Positions 60,756 through 64,000 of a stretch of DNA of 64,000 nucleotides are shown here, one piece after another. The position numbers were made by a program, and so were the translations under genes. Position 1 is the first letter of the stretch. The number at the start of each line of letters is the position of its first letter. Below the pieces are notes generated by a model. The model worked only from the letters and a program-made list of their open reading frames with translations, did not search any database and had not been told where the DNA came from. Location of the stretch: the NCBI GenBank assembly GCA_963708075.1, contig OY970194.1, positions 3,328,001 to 3,392,000 on the forward strand. The letters run 5' to 3'. Origin of the DNA: Sedimentisphaerales bacterium (lineage in GTDB: Bacteria; Planctomycetota; Phycisphaerae; Sedimentisphaerales; Anaerobacaceae).

Positions 60756-62174
60756 ATGATCGGCTTGATCGTACGCAAGGAAGTCATGGAGAACCTGCTC
60801 AGTCTGCGTTTTGCACTGTCACTGCTGCTCGTTGTCGCCACCTTTGCCGTCGGTGGATTTGCATTCGTCAGCAAGTACGAGCAGCAGGTGCAGGATTACT
60901 CGGTGGATAGTAACCGGAGCCTGACGAACCTGCGAGACCGAACGACCAGACTTTATCGAGTGGCGTTCCATCAGCAGGAGATCTACCGGGCGCCGAAGCC
61001 TCTGACGCTCTGCGTCGAAGGGTTTGAGAAATCGATCCCGAACTACTATCGGCTCAATGCATTCTCCAGAGACTGCCCCGAGATCAAGGGACGCACCAAC
61101 GCATTGTTGTTCGGGTTCTGCGACGTGGACTGGGTGTTCATCGTTTCGCTATTCCTAAGCTTCGGCGCGCTGGTCTTCTCGCACGACAGTCTCTGCGGGG
61201 AGAAGGAGAAGGGGACTCTGGCCCTGCTGCTGGCGGGCTCTGTGTCTCGCTACAAAATCCTTCTCGGCAAGTACATTGCGGCCATGCTGACCCTCGGCAT
61301 CCCCCTGCTCCTGGGCGTCCTGATGAGTCTGCTCATTGTGACTCATTCCAAAGCCGTGGCGATCCACGCGGGTGAATGGCTGAAGATCCTGACCATCATG
61401 CTCATGTCCTTTCTGTACCTTTCCGTCTTCGTGTTGCTGGGCATGTTTGTCTCGAGCCGGGCAAAACGCTCCGTGATCAGCATGGTGATCCTGCTGTTTG
61501 TCTGGGTTGGCCTGGTTATGGTCGTTCCGAGTTCCGGCCGGACGATTGCCCAGGCATTCCGCACCGTGCCGACCCAGGCGGAGCTACAGAAGGAGATCAA
61601 CGATGCCATGGGTCGATTGTGGAACGATTGCGTGGCGGGCAAGTACGGGGAGAAAGCCGGCACGGCTACGCCCAATGTGAACGAGTGCGATCCCCCGGCG
61701 CGGGCACAGTGGAGAAACGACGCATCGGAGCAGAGGAACCGGATGATCGACGAGCACGTCAATCGGATGATCGCCCAGGTGACCATCGGCCGCCAGTTCA
61801 CACGCGTCTCACCCGCGGAGATATACAGGCAGGCGTGCGAAATCATCGCCGGGACCGGCGTCCAACGCTTCTCGCAATTGTGCCGGCAGAGGGCCCGGTA
61901 CCAGGACGAGCTTAGAGAGTACATTTGCAGCCGGGACAGTGAGGACCCTGCCAGTCTTCACCTGCCGTCCGACGACAACTACGCAGCCGGCGCATGGAAA
62001 ACGATCTCTCATGCGAGGGTCGATTTTGACACGGTGCCGAAATTCCACGAGCGTGACCTGGCGCTGGGCGAATCGCTGAAACTGGCCGTCTGGGACATCG
62101 GACTGCTAGTCCTGTTCAATCTCGCCTTTTTCGCCGCGGCTTTCGTATCGTTCTCACACTACGATGTGCGGTGA
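60756..62174 (+). CDS. ABC-2 type permease (type B)
   Basis: MIGLIVRKEVMENLLSLRF; HDSLCGEKEKGTLALLL...LLGKY; ends FSHYDVR. Confidence 0.9.
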   Translation: MIGLIVRKEVMENLLSLRFALSLLLVVATFAVGGFAFVSKYEQQVQDYSVDSNRSLTNLRDRTTRLYRVAFHQQEIYRAPKPLTLCVEGFEKSIPNYYRLNAFSRDCPEIKGRTNALLFGFCDVDWVFIVSLFLSFGALVFSHDSLCGEKEKGTLALLLAGSVSRYKILLGKYIAAMLTLGIPLLLGVLMSLLIVTHSKAVAIHAGEWLKILTIMLMSFLYLSVFVLLGMFVSSRAKRSVISMVILLFVWVGLVMVVPSSGRTIAQAFRTVPTQAELQKEINDAMGRLWNDCVAGKYGEKAGTATPNVNECDPPARAQWRNDASEQRNRMIDEHVNRMIAQVTIGRQFTRVSPAEIYRQACEIIAGTGVQRFSQLCRQRARYQDELREYICSRDSEDPASLHLPSDDNYAAGAWKTISHARVDFDTVPKFHERDLALGESLKLAVWDIGLLVLFNLAFFAAAFVSFSHYDVR

Positions 62175-62196
62175 TAGGTCGGTGTGCCACCGTGGC

Positions 62197-64000
<1,804 letters not shown>

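Overview
GC-rich bacterial window. Gene content (lamin-tail/CotH protein, Ser/Thr kinase-linked ECF sigma factor, heptamer hairpin repeats, many secreted glycoside hydrolases) suggests Planctomycetota, probably Phycisphaerae-like (inference only). In order: glmS (partial), hisH-hisF; a five-gene minus-strand signalling operon (PspA-like coiled coil, TPR/FHA-like protein, Ser/Thr kinase with TM2 domain, membrane protein, ECF sigma with fused zinc finger); a flavodoxin-like gene; an integrase-less integron module on the minus strand (sigma70 promoter, attI-like site with direct repeats, a cassette encoding an STSQYGG octapeptide-repeat protein, attC, a cassette encoding a TIR+HEAT protein, attC); TylF methyltransferase, GH106-like hydrolase, LTD/CotH protein; a decayed tRNA-Arg(TCT) island carrying an RPH/PPDK-like phosphotransferase; a carbohydrate-utilisation block; a histidine kinase and sigma54 activator in front of a sigma54 promoter driving TolC, a NEW3-like protein, an ABC ATPase and four YDVR-ending permeases; fcl and gmd (partial). 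Five apparent frameshifts fall on the same motif (GAGACC read as GAGAACC), pointing to a systematic basecalling error at a probably methylated Eco31I/BsaI-type site rather than to real pseudogenes. All family assignments come from motif recognition by eye; no database search was run.
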